Shown here: positions 38,001 through 50,369 of the stretch, in pieces | Layout: every line of letters starts with the position of its first letter | How positions within the stretch are numbered: position 1 is the stretch's first letter | Origin: Azolla caroliniana | Taxonomy: Eukaryota > Plantae > Polypodiophyta | Assembly: GCA_043228905.1 (NCBI GenBank) | Contig: JBHGNT010000021.1 | Span: forward strand, 4,154,001 to 4,218,000 | Direction of reading: 5' to 3' | DNA length: 64,000 nt | Made by a program: the position numbers and the translations under genes | The notes under the pieces: model-generated | Seen by the model: the letters and a program-made list of their open reading frames with translations, nothing else | Databases searched by the model: none | What the model was told of the DNA's origin: nothing

Positions 38001-39173
38001 TTATCCGGTACATGCACATATGCTATGTTGCCGAATATCCGAAGGTGTCTCAAATTCAATTTCTGCCCGAAATACAGCCCATGTGCTGACACCTTGTCAC
38101 TAATCAGGTTTTGGATGTAGATAGCCGTCCGGACCACCTCAACCCAGTAGAATTGGGGCATGCTTTTCTCCTCCAGCATTGTCCTTGCCGCATCGACAAT
38201 CGACCGGTTCTTCCTTTCGGCCACACCGTTTTGCTCTGGTGTGTATCTGTAGTTGAATTCTCTCTTAATTCTGTTCTATTGCAGATAACTGTTGAATTGG
38301 CTGGAAAAGTATTCTTTTCCGCCATTCGGATGCAAGCACTTGATCTTCCTCTCCGTTTCCCGTTCAACTAAGTTTTGAAGGTTTCGGAAACATTCGAAGA
38401 CTTCGCTCTTCCTCTCAATGAGGTAGATCCATGTGTGCCGGTTGTATTCGTCGAAATGTTGACTCCCACCAAGACTGACGTTCTGTCCCGGTCCCCATAC
38501 ATCTGAATGGATTAGATCAAGCTTGTTACGGCTCCGGTTTCATTTGGTGGGGAATGGAAGCCGATATTGCTTCCTAAACATGGGCCTTTCGGCAAACCGA
38601 ACACAACCTATTTCGATTGCAGGTCCTGAAGCCTCCGGTAATTGACGTGGCCGATCCGCTTATGCTAGAGATCAATGTCCTATTCAATCTTCTGTCGTTT
38701 GGAAAACATGGCAGTGTCGACATCATTTGTGTTGAGGATGAACATCCTCCCTTCTTTGCGCCCTTGCGCAATTATCCGACCTTCTTCCTTGATGAACCAC
38801 CCAAGATACGTAAACCGCACCTGCATAAACCGCACCTGCATTCCTTGGTCGATGATTTGCCTAACCGATACCAAGTTCTTTGTGATAGTCGAAACGTATA
38901 ATACATTCATCAGCTTTCCTTTTTGTCTGACATGGCTGAAAGGGACTTCTTCGACATGCACAATCGGGTGAGGGGTATTGTCTCCAGTTTAATAAAGAGA
39001 ACCACTTTTCGTGGTTCGTCATGTGGTTTGACGTTCCGGAATCAACGTACCACACTTCCTCGAATCCGGAAGTGGTCTTCTTCATCGAGTTCGCCTTGTG
39101 CTTCATCACAAAGGCTGGCCCTTTTTCGGTCTTCCCGGTTCCGGATCCTTATGATCCTTCCACGTATTGCAAG
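35024..39173 (-). mobile_element. Ty1/Copia element E, 5'-truncated, RT partly deleted, same family as H
   Basis: 3' LTR 35024-35874 (with nested solo LTR) and PPT at 35875-35888. RH ADIFTKPL, LYVDDL, integrase and PR WYVDSGTSNH are present. The sequence ends at the F 5' LTR. Confidence 0.9.
35321..35758 (+). mobile_element. Solo LTR of the D family inserted in the E LTR
   Basis: TGTTGAGAGATCAAGC..TCTTAGCA with perfect TSD CTAGG at 35316-35320 and 35759-35763. Closely similar to the reverse complement of 33840-34284. Confidence 0.95.
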
Positions 39174-39468
39174 TGTTGAGAATCAAGCTCAACTTGGTCT
39201 AGTGTGTGAACTCACCTTGAGAGTGAAGAGACACTCCAACGGTCAAGAGTCACCATTATGTCACCACTTTGTATTCTAGCATTTAGTATGAGTCATAGAA
39301 TCATATTCTATGACACATAACTTATGAGCTTTCACATTCCCCATGCTCCATGAGTCTTGTAGTTAATGAAGAGAGAGGGTGACTACATAAAGCACCCTCC
39401 TCCCACCTTGTATAATGTTGAGTCTTTCTCCTTTGTCAATATACTTTTACCTTGCATATTCTCTGTGT

Positions 39469-39504
<36 letters not shown>

Positions 39505-39719
39505 CACACATAACTCACATCTCTTCCGCTTCACAAGAATCCATCTCTTGATTCTTTACATGGTATCAGAGAGATTTGGTAGCTCGATCTAGCCCATTTG
39601 CCTCATCGTGATCGTGTGTTGTGCTCTACGCCGACGACCAAGAACCGGCTCATAGCTATCATAGCTTCGCTACATAGCTCGCATTCAAAGAGAGAAGAAG
39701 AAGAAGAAGAATCGACATA

Positions 39720-42700
39720 ATGAATACTCAAATGGGGAGTACAAGATGCACCAATACCTTGTCGGACAAGGCTATTGGAGCTACACTAAAGGAGCGCATG
39801 AAGACCGACCCGCCGAAGCGGCTCCCGGATACGCAACATGGGAGCAAGCCGCAAGCCGTGTGATGTATTGTTTGGCGACATGTGTTCACGACTACATTCG
39901 AGAAGCCAAGACGCCGAAGGAAGCGTGGGAAAATCTACGAAAGATTTTCGCCGCCAACACGACCGCGAGGAAGCTTCAACTCCGCCAAGAGTTGAACAAC
40001 ATTCAACAAAGGGACATGTCCATCACGACATACACCTTGAAGATCAAGGAGCTTTGCGACTCGCTCGGCTCAATAAGCGTAAGTATAGATGATGATGAGA
40101 TGGTGCAAATATGCCTCGGCGGCCTCGCACCACAGTTCGGCGCGATGCGAACCGCCGTTCTAGCACGGGAGAAATCTCCCTCCTTCTTCGAGCTCCAATC
40201 AATGCTATTGGTCAAAGAAAATCACGTGCGTACAAGGAGCAATGAGTCGGAAGGCCACATGCTCTACACGCACTCTAATGGAGGAAGAGGACGCGGATGA
40301 GCGAGAGGCCGATTCGGCCAAGGACAAGGTGGACGAGGTCTGACCTACGACAACAACTCCCAATTTCGGCTGCAAAACAGAGGCCAACGAGGAACCTTCG
40401 CAAGAAGGGGGAGCTTCCACTCCGGCCCGAGCCGTCAAAACGCAACCGAATGCGGATATTGCGGAAAGCTCGGCCACCACGAAGAAGAGTGCCGAAAGAA
40501 GATGCGTGAATCGGCTTCCACAAGCCGACAACTCACGAATTACGCACACAACTCCGACTACGAAGATCGTGGCAGAATGTATGCACACAACTCCGACCGT
40601 GGCGAAATGTATGGGTACAACTCCGACTACGAAGATCGTGGCGGAATGTATGTGCACAACTCCGACCGTGGCGGAATGTTCATGATGAAACATAGAGCAA
40701 ACTCTATGTCAGCCGCTACCTCAACTAGTGCCTCCGGTCCGGAAGACATATGGTTCGTCGATTCCGGTGCCTCGAACCATATGACATCGCATCAAGAATG
40801 GTTCTGAGAACTTCGAGAGCCGGACCGACCCGGCTATGTCGACACTACGCACCTGATTCGGCACATTGGCAATATTCCGTTCGGAAAAGAAGGTAAGCAA
40901 AATTACATTAAAAATGTCTTGCATGTACCGACCATTACGAAGAATTTGGTCTCCGTCGGCCAAATTGTAGAGCAAGGGATGCAAGTTCAATTTAATCAAG
41001 GCGGTTGCTTCATCGAAAAAGAGGGCCGACTCATCGCACGTGGACGAAGAGAGGGCCGGATGTTCATTCTCGATTCACACGAGATGAAATCCGCCATGTT
41101 CGCGAAAAACACGAAAGCTGACTTCGACATAGAGCTATGGCATAAGCGAATCGGCCACATCAATCTCAACAAACTCAAAGCAATGAAATCGAAAGGAGTC
41201 GTCATCAGACTCCCGACATTCAAAGAGAAGGAGAATGAAGGTGTATGCGAAGCGTGCCAATTCGGCAAGCAACACCGACACCCATTCCTGAAAGAGCGGA
41301 ACGTGAGCAAAGGTCTACTCGACGTAGTCCATTCCGACGTATGGGGACCGGCGCAGACGGCTACATTTGGCGGATGCCGATATTACGTGCTCTTCATCGA
41401 CGACTTCTCTAGGCACACTTGGATCTACCCGATGCGGAAAAAGAGCGAAGTGTTCAGACACTTCCAAATTTTCAAGAATGAAGTCAAGAAAGCCACGGGC
41501 CGACATGTACGATGCCTTCGATCGGATGGCGGCAAGGAGTACTTCTCGGACGATTTCACGGCGTATCTCCGAAAGGAAGGAATTCGGCGAGAATTCACTT
41601 GCCGACACACTCCGCAACAAAACGGAGTAGCCAAGCGCAAAAATCGGCACATCCTCGAAGTAGCGCAGGCCATGATGAACGAGAAGCATATTCCCAAGTC
41701 ATATTGGGCCGAAGCTGCAAATATGGCCATCTACCTAATGAACCGGTGCACAACATCCGGCGTGCACGAGGTCACTCTACACGAAAAATACTTCGGAAAG
41801 AAGTCGGACTTATCGCACATCCGGATATTCGGCGTGATAGCATACGTGCACATCCCCAACGAGAAGCGTCAAAAGCTTGACCCGAAGTCGGAGAAATGTA
41901 TCCTCGTAGGATACTCATTGGAGCAAAAGGGGTACAAGTGCTACAACCCCTCAACTTGAAAATCTCGAGTAAATCGAGACGTCGTTTTTTACGAGTCCGC
42001 ATCCTGGTACGCACCAGAGACAACTCCAACTCCGACACCGCTCGACCCGGAATTCACCGAACAAGAGATCGAGGATGAAGATCGCCTTATGCGCATATTC
42101 GAAGAAAGTCCGATCACGACCCGATTGAGCGGACCACAAGAGCCTTTGAGCGATCAAAGCACAGATTCACGGCCTAGCCTGAAAATGGACAAAGGCAAGG
42201 CGAAAATGTCGGAATACGAAGACGATCGCTTCAACAACAATGAGTCGACTCACTCACTCAACAGTGAGTTCGGCGGTTTCGAGGTACCAATCGGAGCTAA
42301 GAAAGCCCTCATCTCTGCAAATGAAAAGCTCCGCCGATCCACTCGTGAAAAGAACCTTGTAAGCCGATTCGGCTACAACGATTATATGGCGTACCATTAC
42401 GCCTTTATGATGAAGGTAGCAATAGTACGGGAGCTGGAAACCCTTTCGGAAGCCGCAAAGGACCCGGGATGGATTGAAGCAATGAACGAGGAGATGCAGG
42501 CACTACGGAAGAACGAGACGTGGGATCTCGTTCCCACCTCACCACACAAAAAGGTGATTGGATGCAGATGGATCTACAAGGTGAAGTATAACGTCGATGG
42601 CTCCGTAAACCGCTACAAAGCTCGACTCGTAGCGAAAGGATACGCTCAGACACATGGCGTTGACTACGAAGAGACCTTTGCCCCGGTGGCAAAGATGACA

Positions 42701-43999
42701 ACGGTGCGGACCGTAATTGCGCTTGCCGCAGCGAAAGGGTGGCACCTCCATCAAATGGACATCAAGAACGCCTTTCTACAAGGCGAATTAGAAGAGGAGG
42801 TGTACATGATACAACCACCCGGCTTTAACTCGAGCATCCATCCGAAAGTTGTTTGCCAACCCAAGAAGCCTCTCTACGGCCTCAAGCAAGCACCGCATGC
42901 TTGGCATTCGAAGATAATGCAATATCTTCATCAAATCGGCTTCCGTATGTCAAAATCGGACAACTCCCTCTACATACGAAGCGATTCCGCAAGTCTGATC
43001 GTCATCATTTTATATGTGGATGACCTAGTCATTGGAGGTGAGCATATCGTCGAAATCAATAAGGTCAAATCCCTCCTTTCCGACAAGTTCGAGATGACGG
43101 ACATGAAGGAGCTCCACTACTTCCTCGACATCGAGGTAATTCGGACTCCGGCCAGAATCATGATCTCTCAACGGCACTACATCCTCAACTTGTTATACAA
43201 GTTCGGGATGGTGGAGTGCAAATCCGTGGCAACCCCGCTCGATCGTAATCTCAAACTAGATGCGAACTCCGGCACCAAAGGGTGTGAGCCGACTCAGTAT
43301 GGGCAACTCATCGGGAGTCTCATCTACCTCACGATCACACGACCCGATCTCAATTATTCGGTCGGTCTCCTTAGCCAATTCATGCAAACACCGCGTGATA
43401 CTCACTTGGATTGCGCTAAGCAAGTTCAACGATACGTGAGCGGCACAATGGATTGCGGCATCCTCTACAAGACCGCGATGCCAATACGACTCAAGGGGTA
43501 CACAGACGCCGATTGGGCCAGCTACAAAACTGATAGAAGATCAACCTCCGGATTTGTTTTCTCCCTCGGCAGCGGAGCAATATCCTGGAGTAGCAAGAAG
43601 CAGCCTATCGTCGCTCTTTCGAGTACGGAGGCGGAATACAGGGGCGCAGCCGTAGCTGCGTGTGAAGCCATATGGCTCAAGAGGATTTTGAAAGATCTGG
43701 GCGTACCCATCAAGGATCCGACTTCCCTTTACTGCGACAACATGAGCATTATCTATCTGGCTCGAAACCCGGTGTTCCACACACGGAAAAAGCACATCGA
43801 AGTGCACTATCACTTCATCCGAGAGCGCGTTCTGGCTGGCGATGTGGACCTACAACACATAAGCACCAATCTTCAAACGGCCGACATCTTCACTAAAGCC
43901 TTAGGAGCCGACAAGCTATGGCAATTCATGACCGATCTCGGATTGACGATCCCTGATCTGCCAAGCTTGAGGGGGAGTACTGAAGACACTCCGCAATAA
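39720..43999 (+). pseudogene. Copia F gag-pol with a few stops and frameshifts; the RT-RH segment 42089-43999 is open
   Basis: CGYCGKLGHHEEEC, WFVDSGASNH, LWHKRIGH, RSDGGKEY, MDIKNAFLQG, LYVDDL, ADIFTKAL. CGA>TGA stops at ~40297, 40805 and 41957. Confidence 0.93.
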
Positions 44000-44108
44000 C
44001 GCGTAGATTCCGCAACCACACACCATAGCAGCAAAGAGCCGATCTACCGCGCAATAACGCGTAGATTCCGCAACCACACACCATAGCAACAAAGAGCCGA
44101 TCTACCGC
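43992..44108 (+). repeat. 58-bp tandem duplication in the F 3' UTR, with a further ~33-bp repeat at ~51091-51190
   Basis: cgcaataacgcgtagattccgcaaccacacaccatagca(g/a)caaagagccgatctaccg at 43992 and 44050. Confidence 0.9.
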
Positions 44109-44778
44109 TGTCGTGAAGAAAACCGTCCACAAGTGGAATCGGTGTACTGGAGCGTAGAAACCGACTCTTCATGCGCGTGCGCCTTAAGGAAATCCTAGGT
44201 AGATTCGGTAGGTAGGGAGTAAAAGGGGAAACGGCTCCTTCCTTGTCTATAAAAGGAGGGAGACGAGGAGAGTAAAGGGATCGCGGAGAGTCGAGGACGA
44301 AGTGTTGTCGGATTGGGCGCGAAGGCTTCTCTCTCTCTCTCTCTGGTTCGCAGACTCCATAGCTTTCTCCTGTGCAGGTTTCGGGAGGCTCGCGCTGCTC
44401 TGAGGAAAGCCCGAGTGCTTCCGGCAGCACCTCCAACCTGTTCCTGTCTTTCTGTGTGTTTACGAACAGGTATCGGCATCTATCCGCCGGCCTGTTCGGT
44501 GGTAGCAGGCTTCGTGTTTGTTGTCTTCGTGTTCTTGTTGTTTGTCTTGTTAATACATACATACATTCGTGTCTTCCTGTGTCGCTGTACCACTTGCGTC
44601 TTTGCGTCGAAGGGCCGTGTCCCTGTGGATCTACGCTCGCACGTAGAGGGTTCTTCCCATTCCTCTCTCGCTCTTTGGTACAGGACCCCCGAGGTTCCGC
44701 CTCATTCCACGCATCCGCGAGGAATACCTCGACATATTTGGTGAACCCGACGTGAAAGAGTCGGCAGAAGAGCAGAAG

Positions 44779-46905
44779 ATGAGGGGGTCGGATCTTGCAG
44801 AGGCCATGGCTTCGGCCGTGGATCGGATATTGAGCACACGCGAGGGCACCGGTGCCCTCGACAGAGCCATTGAGGCGGTCATCGGTACGATCGGCCATTT
44901 CAGCGGAAAGGATGCTACGAGGTATTTGGCGTCCTACGGGGCGGAAATGCTGATGCGGGACATTCCGGAAGAGAGGCGCCTTGCCGGGTTCCCTCGAGTG
45001 GCGATGCCGAGCATCCATGCGGAGGTGCTCGAGGTACAGGCGGAGAGCCGTACCTGGGATGAGTTCGAAGGCCGACTCCTAGAGAAATACGGGCTGGACG
45101 ACGCGCTCCGGCTTTCGAAACGGGACTTCATGGAATGGGTGGAGTTCACTGGCAAGGGAAGAAACGCGTCGGCACTCCTCCGGGAGTTCGAAGAACGCTT
45201 TGCGCGCCTTTCGGCGCTTGACCGAACCATTCTGGATACGAGCCGGGTCCTACTGTTCGTCAAGTCGGTGGACGAGCGAGACCGGGATCAAGTCGGCTCC
45301 TTGCTGGAAACTGAAGACGGGCTAACAACCGACTGGGCTGCGGTTAAGAGAGTCTGTGGCCGTTTTGACAAACGGCGAGAATGGGCTGACAACGGGGTGG
45401 CAGGTGCGGGCTCTGTTACAGCGAGGAGGCTTGAACCGGCACCGCAAGTGCGAAGGGAAGAAACCCGGGAATGGCTCGAAACCGGTCCGGCTTCGACCAG
45501 CATGGTCAATGGCTCGTCCGGAGGAGCCGCGCTGGAGGAGTTGACGCGGGCGATAAAGGATCTCCAGATCGCCCAGACTCGAAGGGAAGGCGGCGAATCG
45601 GCTCGTGACCGACGGCCGGCAGCGGGGAACAGGTGCATGTGGTGCGACGAGGTCGGCCACATTCGGAAGGACTGCGGCGATTTCGCAGAGGCGTTGAGAA
45701 ACCGGGTGGTGTACCTGTGGGAAGGTCGGGTGCACGCTGGCGACACCAGGAGGGCCCTGAGCCGAAACGACGGGCGAGGAGGTATGAAGAGACTAATGGA
45801 AGAGGCAGCGGCCCGACACGTGGAGGCCATCCACTACTCGGCGTCGGCCGGTATTCGGGTCCGGGGCAGCGAGACCCGAAAGGAGAGCAAAGACGGTTTC
45901 TGGTCGGCAATGCTGGAAGGCCTCGCCGGCGCGCGACTGAGGAAAGATGAAACGGACCACGCTGAGAGACGGGTCCGGGAAATAACCGGGTGGAGCGATC
46001 CGGTCGAGGAGAAGACGGGCTTCGTAGAAGCCGCTTGCCAGAACTACGAGGCTCTGGTAGAAGAGAAACGAGTGGGGAAAGCCGGAGCGACCGGGCCCTC
46101 ACAACGGTACGAGACCCGATTCGGACGACAACGGAACGATGCCGGTGGGCCCGGCCCGCAAGATAACCCCAGGAAGGGCGGGTACCGACTGGGGACAGAA
46201 ATAGAAAGGACTACAGACCTACGGAAGGTCCTAGAGGAACGGATCCTCGACAGCAAAGTGGAGCTGTCATTGCGAGAGGTGCTAGGGATCGCCAAGAAGG
46301 AGTTCCACGACTCCATTGTAGACTTGGTGAAACGGAAGAGACTGTCGACGGAGACGGAACCGGAAAAACCGGTGGAGGTGCGGACGACGCACATCGACGA
46401 CTCGGCGCTGGAAGATGAGTGGGCGGAGAGCCACTATTCGAGGCCACACTGGGCCCGAGCGACCACGGAGACCCCGGTAAAAATCGGAGATGTTCGGGAA
46501 CCGGTGGTGGCGTTGGTGGACCACGGTTCGGAAATAAACCTAATGTCCATGGACTTCTATAAGAAGGGGAAGTGGCCGATCAACACCAAGCACGGGTGGA
46601 AGATACGGGCGGCGACGCGCGCCACAGAGGAACTGCATGGGGCCTGCCCGAACGTGCGAGTCAAGATCGGCGACGTCGAGATTGACCAGCACTTCTTCGT
46701 ACAGGAAACGTCTTCGCACCCGGTCATATTAGGGGAACCATACATCACGGCGGCGCGAACGGAGACCAAGGTGCTGGACAACGGTTCGGCCTACGCGAGG
46801 GTCAAAAGCCAGGACGGGCGCCATTCGGTGCAATTTTTGACGGTGCGGCCGAACCATGAGAGAAACCACGAGTACCTCGGTGGCGAGAACCGGGAGGATT
46901 TTTAG
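44779..46905 (+). CDS. Gypsy G ORF1: Gag plus aspartic protease, intact
   Basis: ~708-codon open frame with Zn knuckle CMWCDEVGHIRKDC and protease ALVDHGSEINLM..VILGEPY. Confidence 0.9.
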   Translation: MRGSDLAEAMASAVDRILSTREGTGALDRAIEAVIGTIGHFSGKDATRYLASYGAEMLMRDIPEERRLAGFPRVAMPSIHAEVLEVQAESRTWDEFEGRLLEKYGLDDALRLSKRDFMEWVEFTGKGRNASALLREFEERFARLSALDRTILDTSRVLLFVKSVDERDRDQVGSLLETEDGLTTDWAAVKRVCGRFDKRREWADNGVAGAGSVTARRLEPAPQVRREETREWLETGPASTSMVNGSSGGAALEELTRAIKDLQIAQTRREGGESARDRRPAAGNRCMWCDEVGHIRKDCGDFAEALRNRVVYLWEGRVHAGDTRRALSRNDGRGGMKRLMEEAAARHVEAIHYSASAGIRVRGSETRKESKDGFWSAMLEGLAGARLRKDETDHAERRVREITGWSDPVEEKTGFVEAACQNYEALVEEKRVGKAGATGPSQRYETRFGRQRNDAGGPGPQDNPRKGGYRLGTEIERTTDLRKVLEERILDSKVELSLREVLGIAKKEFHDSIVDLVKRKRLSTETEPEKPVEVRTTHIDDSALEDEWAESHYSRPHWARATTETPVKIGDVREPVVALVDHGSEINLMSMDFYKKGKWPINTKHGWKIRAATRATEELHGACPNVRVKIGDVEIDQHFFVQETSSHPVILGEPYITAARTETKVLDNGSAYARVKSQDGRHSVQFLTVRPNHERNHEYLGGENREDF

Positions 46906-46962
46906 AGAGGGCTGCCAAGGCGTGGGGCCGAGACAGCCCGAACACTCGGAAAAGACCCCACG
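46896..46962 (+). promoter_or_regulatory. Predicted -1 programmed ribosomal frameshift signal
   Basis: G_GAT_TTT at 46896-46902 directly before the ORF1 TAG, then a 6-nt spacer. Stem 1 is GGGCTG/CAGCCC and stem 2 is CGTGGGG/CCCCACG. The -1 frame is open into pol. Confidence 0.8.
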
Positions 46963-49900
46963 ACTGTACGATAGGTAGGGAATTTTGCTTCTCCGACAAC
47001 GGAGGGTGTATGATGGTCGACATCGTTGGCCGGGAAAGGACCAGGGCGGAAGAGCAACTTCGAGCGTGCGGAGTTCTCGGCCCGGACGAGGAAATCAGCG
47101 GAGCCGTGGAGGCGGTCTCCTTCGACGACACCTTAGGGATGCTGAGGAAGGTTGCCGGAGAAGACCTTAACAAAGACCGGACGATACCGGTATGTTCCGA
47201 AGAGATGTACGAAGTCATCGCGGACTTCAGTCGGGGGCTCGGGACGGATCAGACGGCCCGAGTTAGCACAAAGAACAAGACTGTGGACCGGAAGGTAAGG
47301 CCAGTCTCGGCACCCTTACCGGAGGGCAGCGAGTCCAGGATCAGAGGGGTTGCGTCGGACCCCAGTTTACGAGATCCGGCCTGCATAGGGCACACCTTCA
47401 CCAACGGGACGCTCCGGGAGCTCAAAATCGGTGGGGGCGGGTTCCTACTGCCGGCGGAGGAAGACCGGTTTCAGAGGATGCTCGGAAGGCACGGGAAAGC
47501 CTTCGCATTCTCACCGGAAGAGATCGGGTGCGTAGACCCGACGATCGTGGAGCCGATGGTGATATTCACGGTACCGCATGTGCCGTGGAATCTCAAGCCG
47601 ATTCCGGTACCGAGAGCTCACATCCCGAAGTTGATGGAGCTATTGAGGCAGAAAGTAGATATGGGCATTCTTGAACCGTCGAGTGCCCCATACTCGAACC
47701 GATGGTTTACCGTACCGAAGAAAAACGGAACGTTGCGCTTCATTCAAGACCTGTAGCCGGTCAACAGAGTGACCATTCGAAACGCAGGAATCAGACCGAC
47801 CATAGACGAGTTCGCGGAGGCCTTTGCCGGAAGGTCGATTTACTCGGTTGGTGATCTGTACTCAGGGTACGACCAGTTCCAGCTAGCCGTGGAAAGCAGA
47901 GACATTACGACGATGCGAACTCCCCTCGGCCTAGTGCGAATGTGTACCCTGCCACAGGGAGGGACCAACTCGGTGGCCCACATGGTGAATGCAATGAACA
48001 AGGTACTGAGGGATTGCATCCCGGACATCACCATGCCGTTTCTAGATGACATCCCTATCAAAGGGTGCCCGGTGGAAGAGAAGGACGAGACACTCGGGCC
48101 GGACGGATGCCGGCGATTCGTAGCAACACAAATCGACGACTGCGAGAAGGTGCTACAAAGGCTAGAGGATGCGAGGCTCACCTTCTCCGGGGAGAAATCG
48201 GCCTTCGGGCAATCAGAAATCCTGGTAGTCGGACACCTGTGTGGGCCATATGGCCGGAAGCCGTCTCCGGCAAAGGTAGAAGCCATCTCCGCGATGAAGA
48301 CCGACTGTAGCTCGGTTACGGAAGTTCGGAGGTTCCTGGGGGCATGCGCGTTCTACCACATATGGATCCCGCATTACGCCCACGTTGCGGAGCCGCTATA
48401 CGGGTTGCTGAAGAAGGGGCAAAGATTCGAGTAGCAAGACGAGCACATGGGGTCGGTCCGGAAGCTGAAGGAAGCTCTTGCGGCAGCTCCGGCGCTCCGG
48501 AAGGCTGTCTACGGGAAGGGTACCCCGGTATACATAACGGTGGATACGAGTCCGACCGGGATCGGATGGGTCGTCAACCAAGAAGACGAGGACGGCGTTC
48601 GGTTCCCGATCCGATTCGGCGCAAAGGTCCTCAGTGAGCGACAGCGAGGGTACGCCCAGGTTAAACGCGGACTCTGGGGTATCGTTTCGGCAGTAAAGGC
48701 CGACAAAGACTACCTGATTGGGACGGAAGTGATTATCGAGACGGATTGCCTGCCAATTCTCGGCATGGTTTCCGGATGCGCGACACCGGACCTGGCGATG
48801 CTCAGGTCGATAGCGTACGTCAAGTCCCTGGACCCGGAAATACGGCACATTTCCGGAAAGGATAACGCCATGGCCGACATGCTTTCGAGGGCAAGGTTTG
48901 ATGACGAGGGCGGCATGGTTTCAGAGGACGAAGAAGTCGGCGTGGACTTCTTCGAGTCGGCATACATGACGACCAATGGGACGAGCACTCCGGCACTTAA
49001 CGACTTCGACGAGAGCAAGTACGACGGCGAGTGGCTCCAGGTCGGTGGATTCTTGAGGACAATGATGCCGGATGCGTCATGGACGAAGGACGAGGCCAAC
49101 CGGATCCGGAAGAAAGCCTACCGATTCTTTCTCCGGGACGGATACTTATGGAAGCACCCGAAGAAGAGGGACGGCGCTCCGCTCTGGGTGGTGGCGATGA
49201 AGGAAGAACAGGAGGAGCTGCTGACGGCCTACCACGATAGCCCATGGGCCAGACACCGTGGAACCTGGGCCACGTTCGAGAAGATAAAGGGGAAGTACTG
49301 GTGGTCGGGACTGTACCAGGACGTGCATCGATTCGTGACAACTTGCGAGAGCTGTCAGATGCACTCCATAGTCCGACACCGGGACGAACTTCACCCTACG
49401 TACCCTCCGACCATCCACTTCAAATGGATGGTAGACCTGGTAACGATGCCGATAGGAGTAGGACAGATGTGGTATCTGGTCCTGGCTCGGGAAGATCTAA
49501 CGAACCAGGTGGAAGGCCGGGCCCTTCAGAACAAAACGACTGCGGCCGTATGTCGGTTCCTGCTCGAGGACGTAATATGCCGGTACGGGTGCGTCGGAAA
49601 GATCGTGGCTGATCGTGGGGAGTTGGACGCCGAAGAGGCCGAGGAGTTGTTCGACCGGCTAGGAGTCAAGCTCTCGCTTACCACGGCGTACAACCCGGAG
49701 GCAAATGGGAAGGTGGAGCGCGGTCACGGACCGATCGTCAAGGCGTTAGTTCGAGCATGCGGGGGTCAAGTCGGGAACTGGCCGCGGCTACTGCCTTACG
49801 CGTTGTGGGCTGACCGGACTACGCACAGTTCGGTAACCGGATTCATGCCGGCAGAGCTCATGTTTGGGCAGAAGCCGATCATGCCGATCGAACGTACGGT

Positions 49901-50369
49901 CTCCTCATGGGCAACCGTGGACTGGAGAGACGAGATGAGCCGGGAGGAACTATTGACGGCGCGCATACGACAGCTCGAGCGGAGACCGGAGGACGTGGAG
50001 CAAGCGGCAGAAAAGCTTCGGGTGGCCAGGACGAGGAACAAAGCCCGGTTCGACCGGACGCACCGGCTCCGACCGAAGAAGATCGAGGAAGGCGACTGGG
50101 TGCTAGTCTACGACAGCAGCCTCGACAACCAGCACCGTGCGTCACGGAAGTTCGCAAGAAGGTGGTTCGGACCTTATGTGGTACAGAGCGCCAACGACAA
50201 CGGGACATACCGTCTGGCGGAACTCGCCGGTACGAGAATAACGATACCGGTAGCTGGGAAGCGGATCAAGACGTTCAAGAAGCGTCACGACGACGAGCCG
50301 GATCAGGATGACTTGGACCGCGACGACGAGCGACCCGAAACCGAGGAAGAGCCGACGGGCGGGGGATGA
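46899..50369 (+). pseudogene. Gypsy G pol (RT-RNase H-integrase) in one frame with two nonsense mutations
   Basis: ORFs starting at 47010, 47769 and 48447 share one frame, with TAG at 47754 (from CAG) and 48432 (from TGG). Motifs DLYSGYDQ, LPQGGTNS, FLDDIPIKG, VDTSPTGIG, ADRGEL, NGKVERGH, WFGPY. No chromodomain. Confidence 0.94.

Noticed and set aside
44044-45018. Long minus-strand ORFs across the G LTRs (also 50303-51175)
   Set aside because: They run through GC-rich LTR sequence into host DNA, have no domains, and recur only because the LTR is duplicated.
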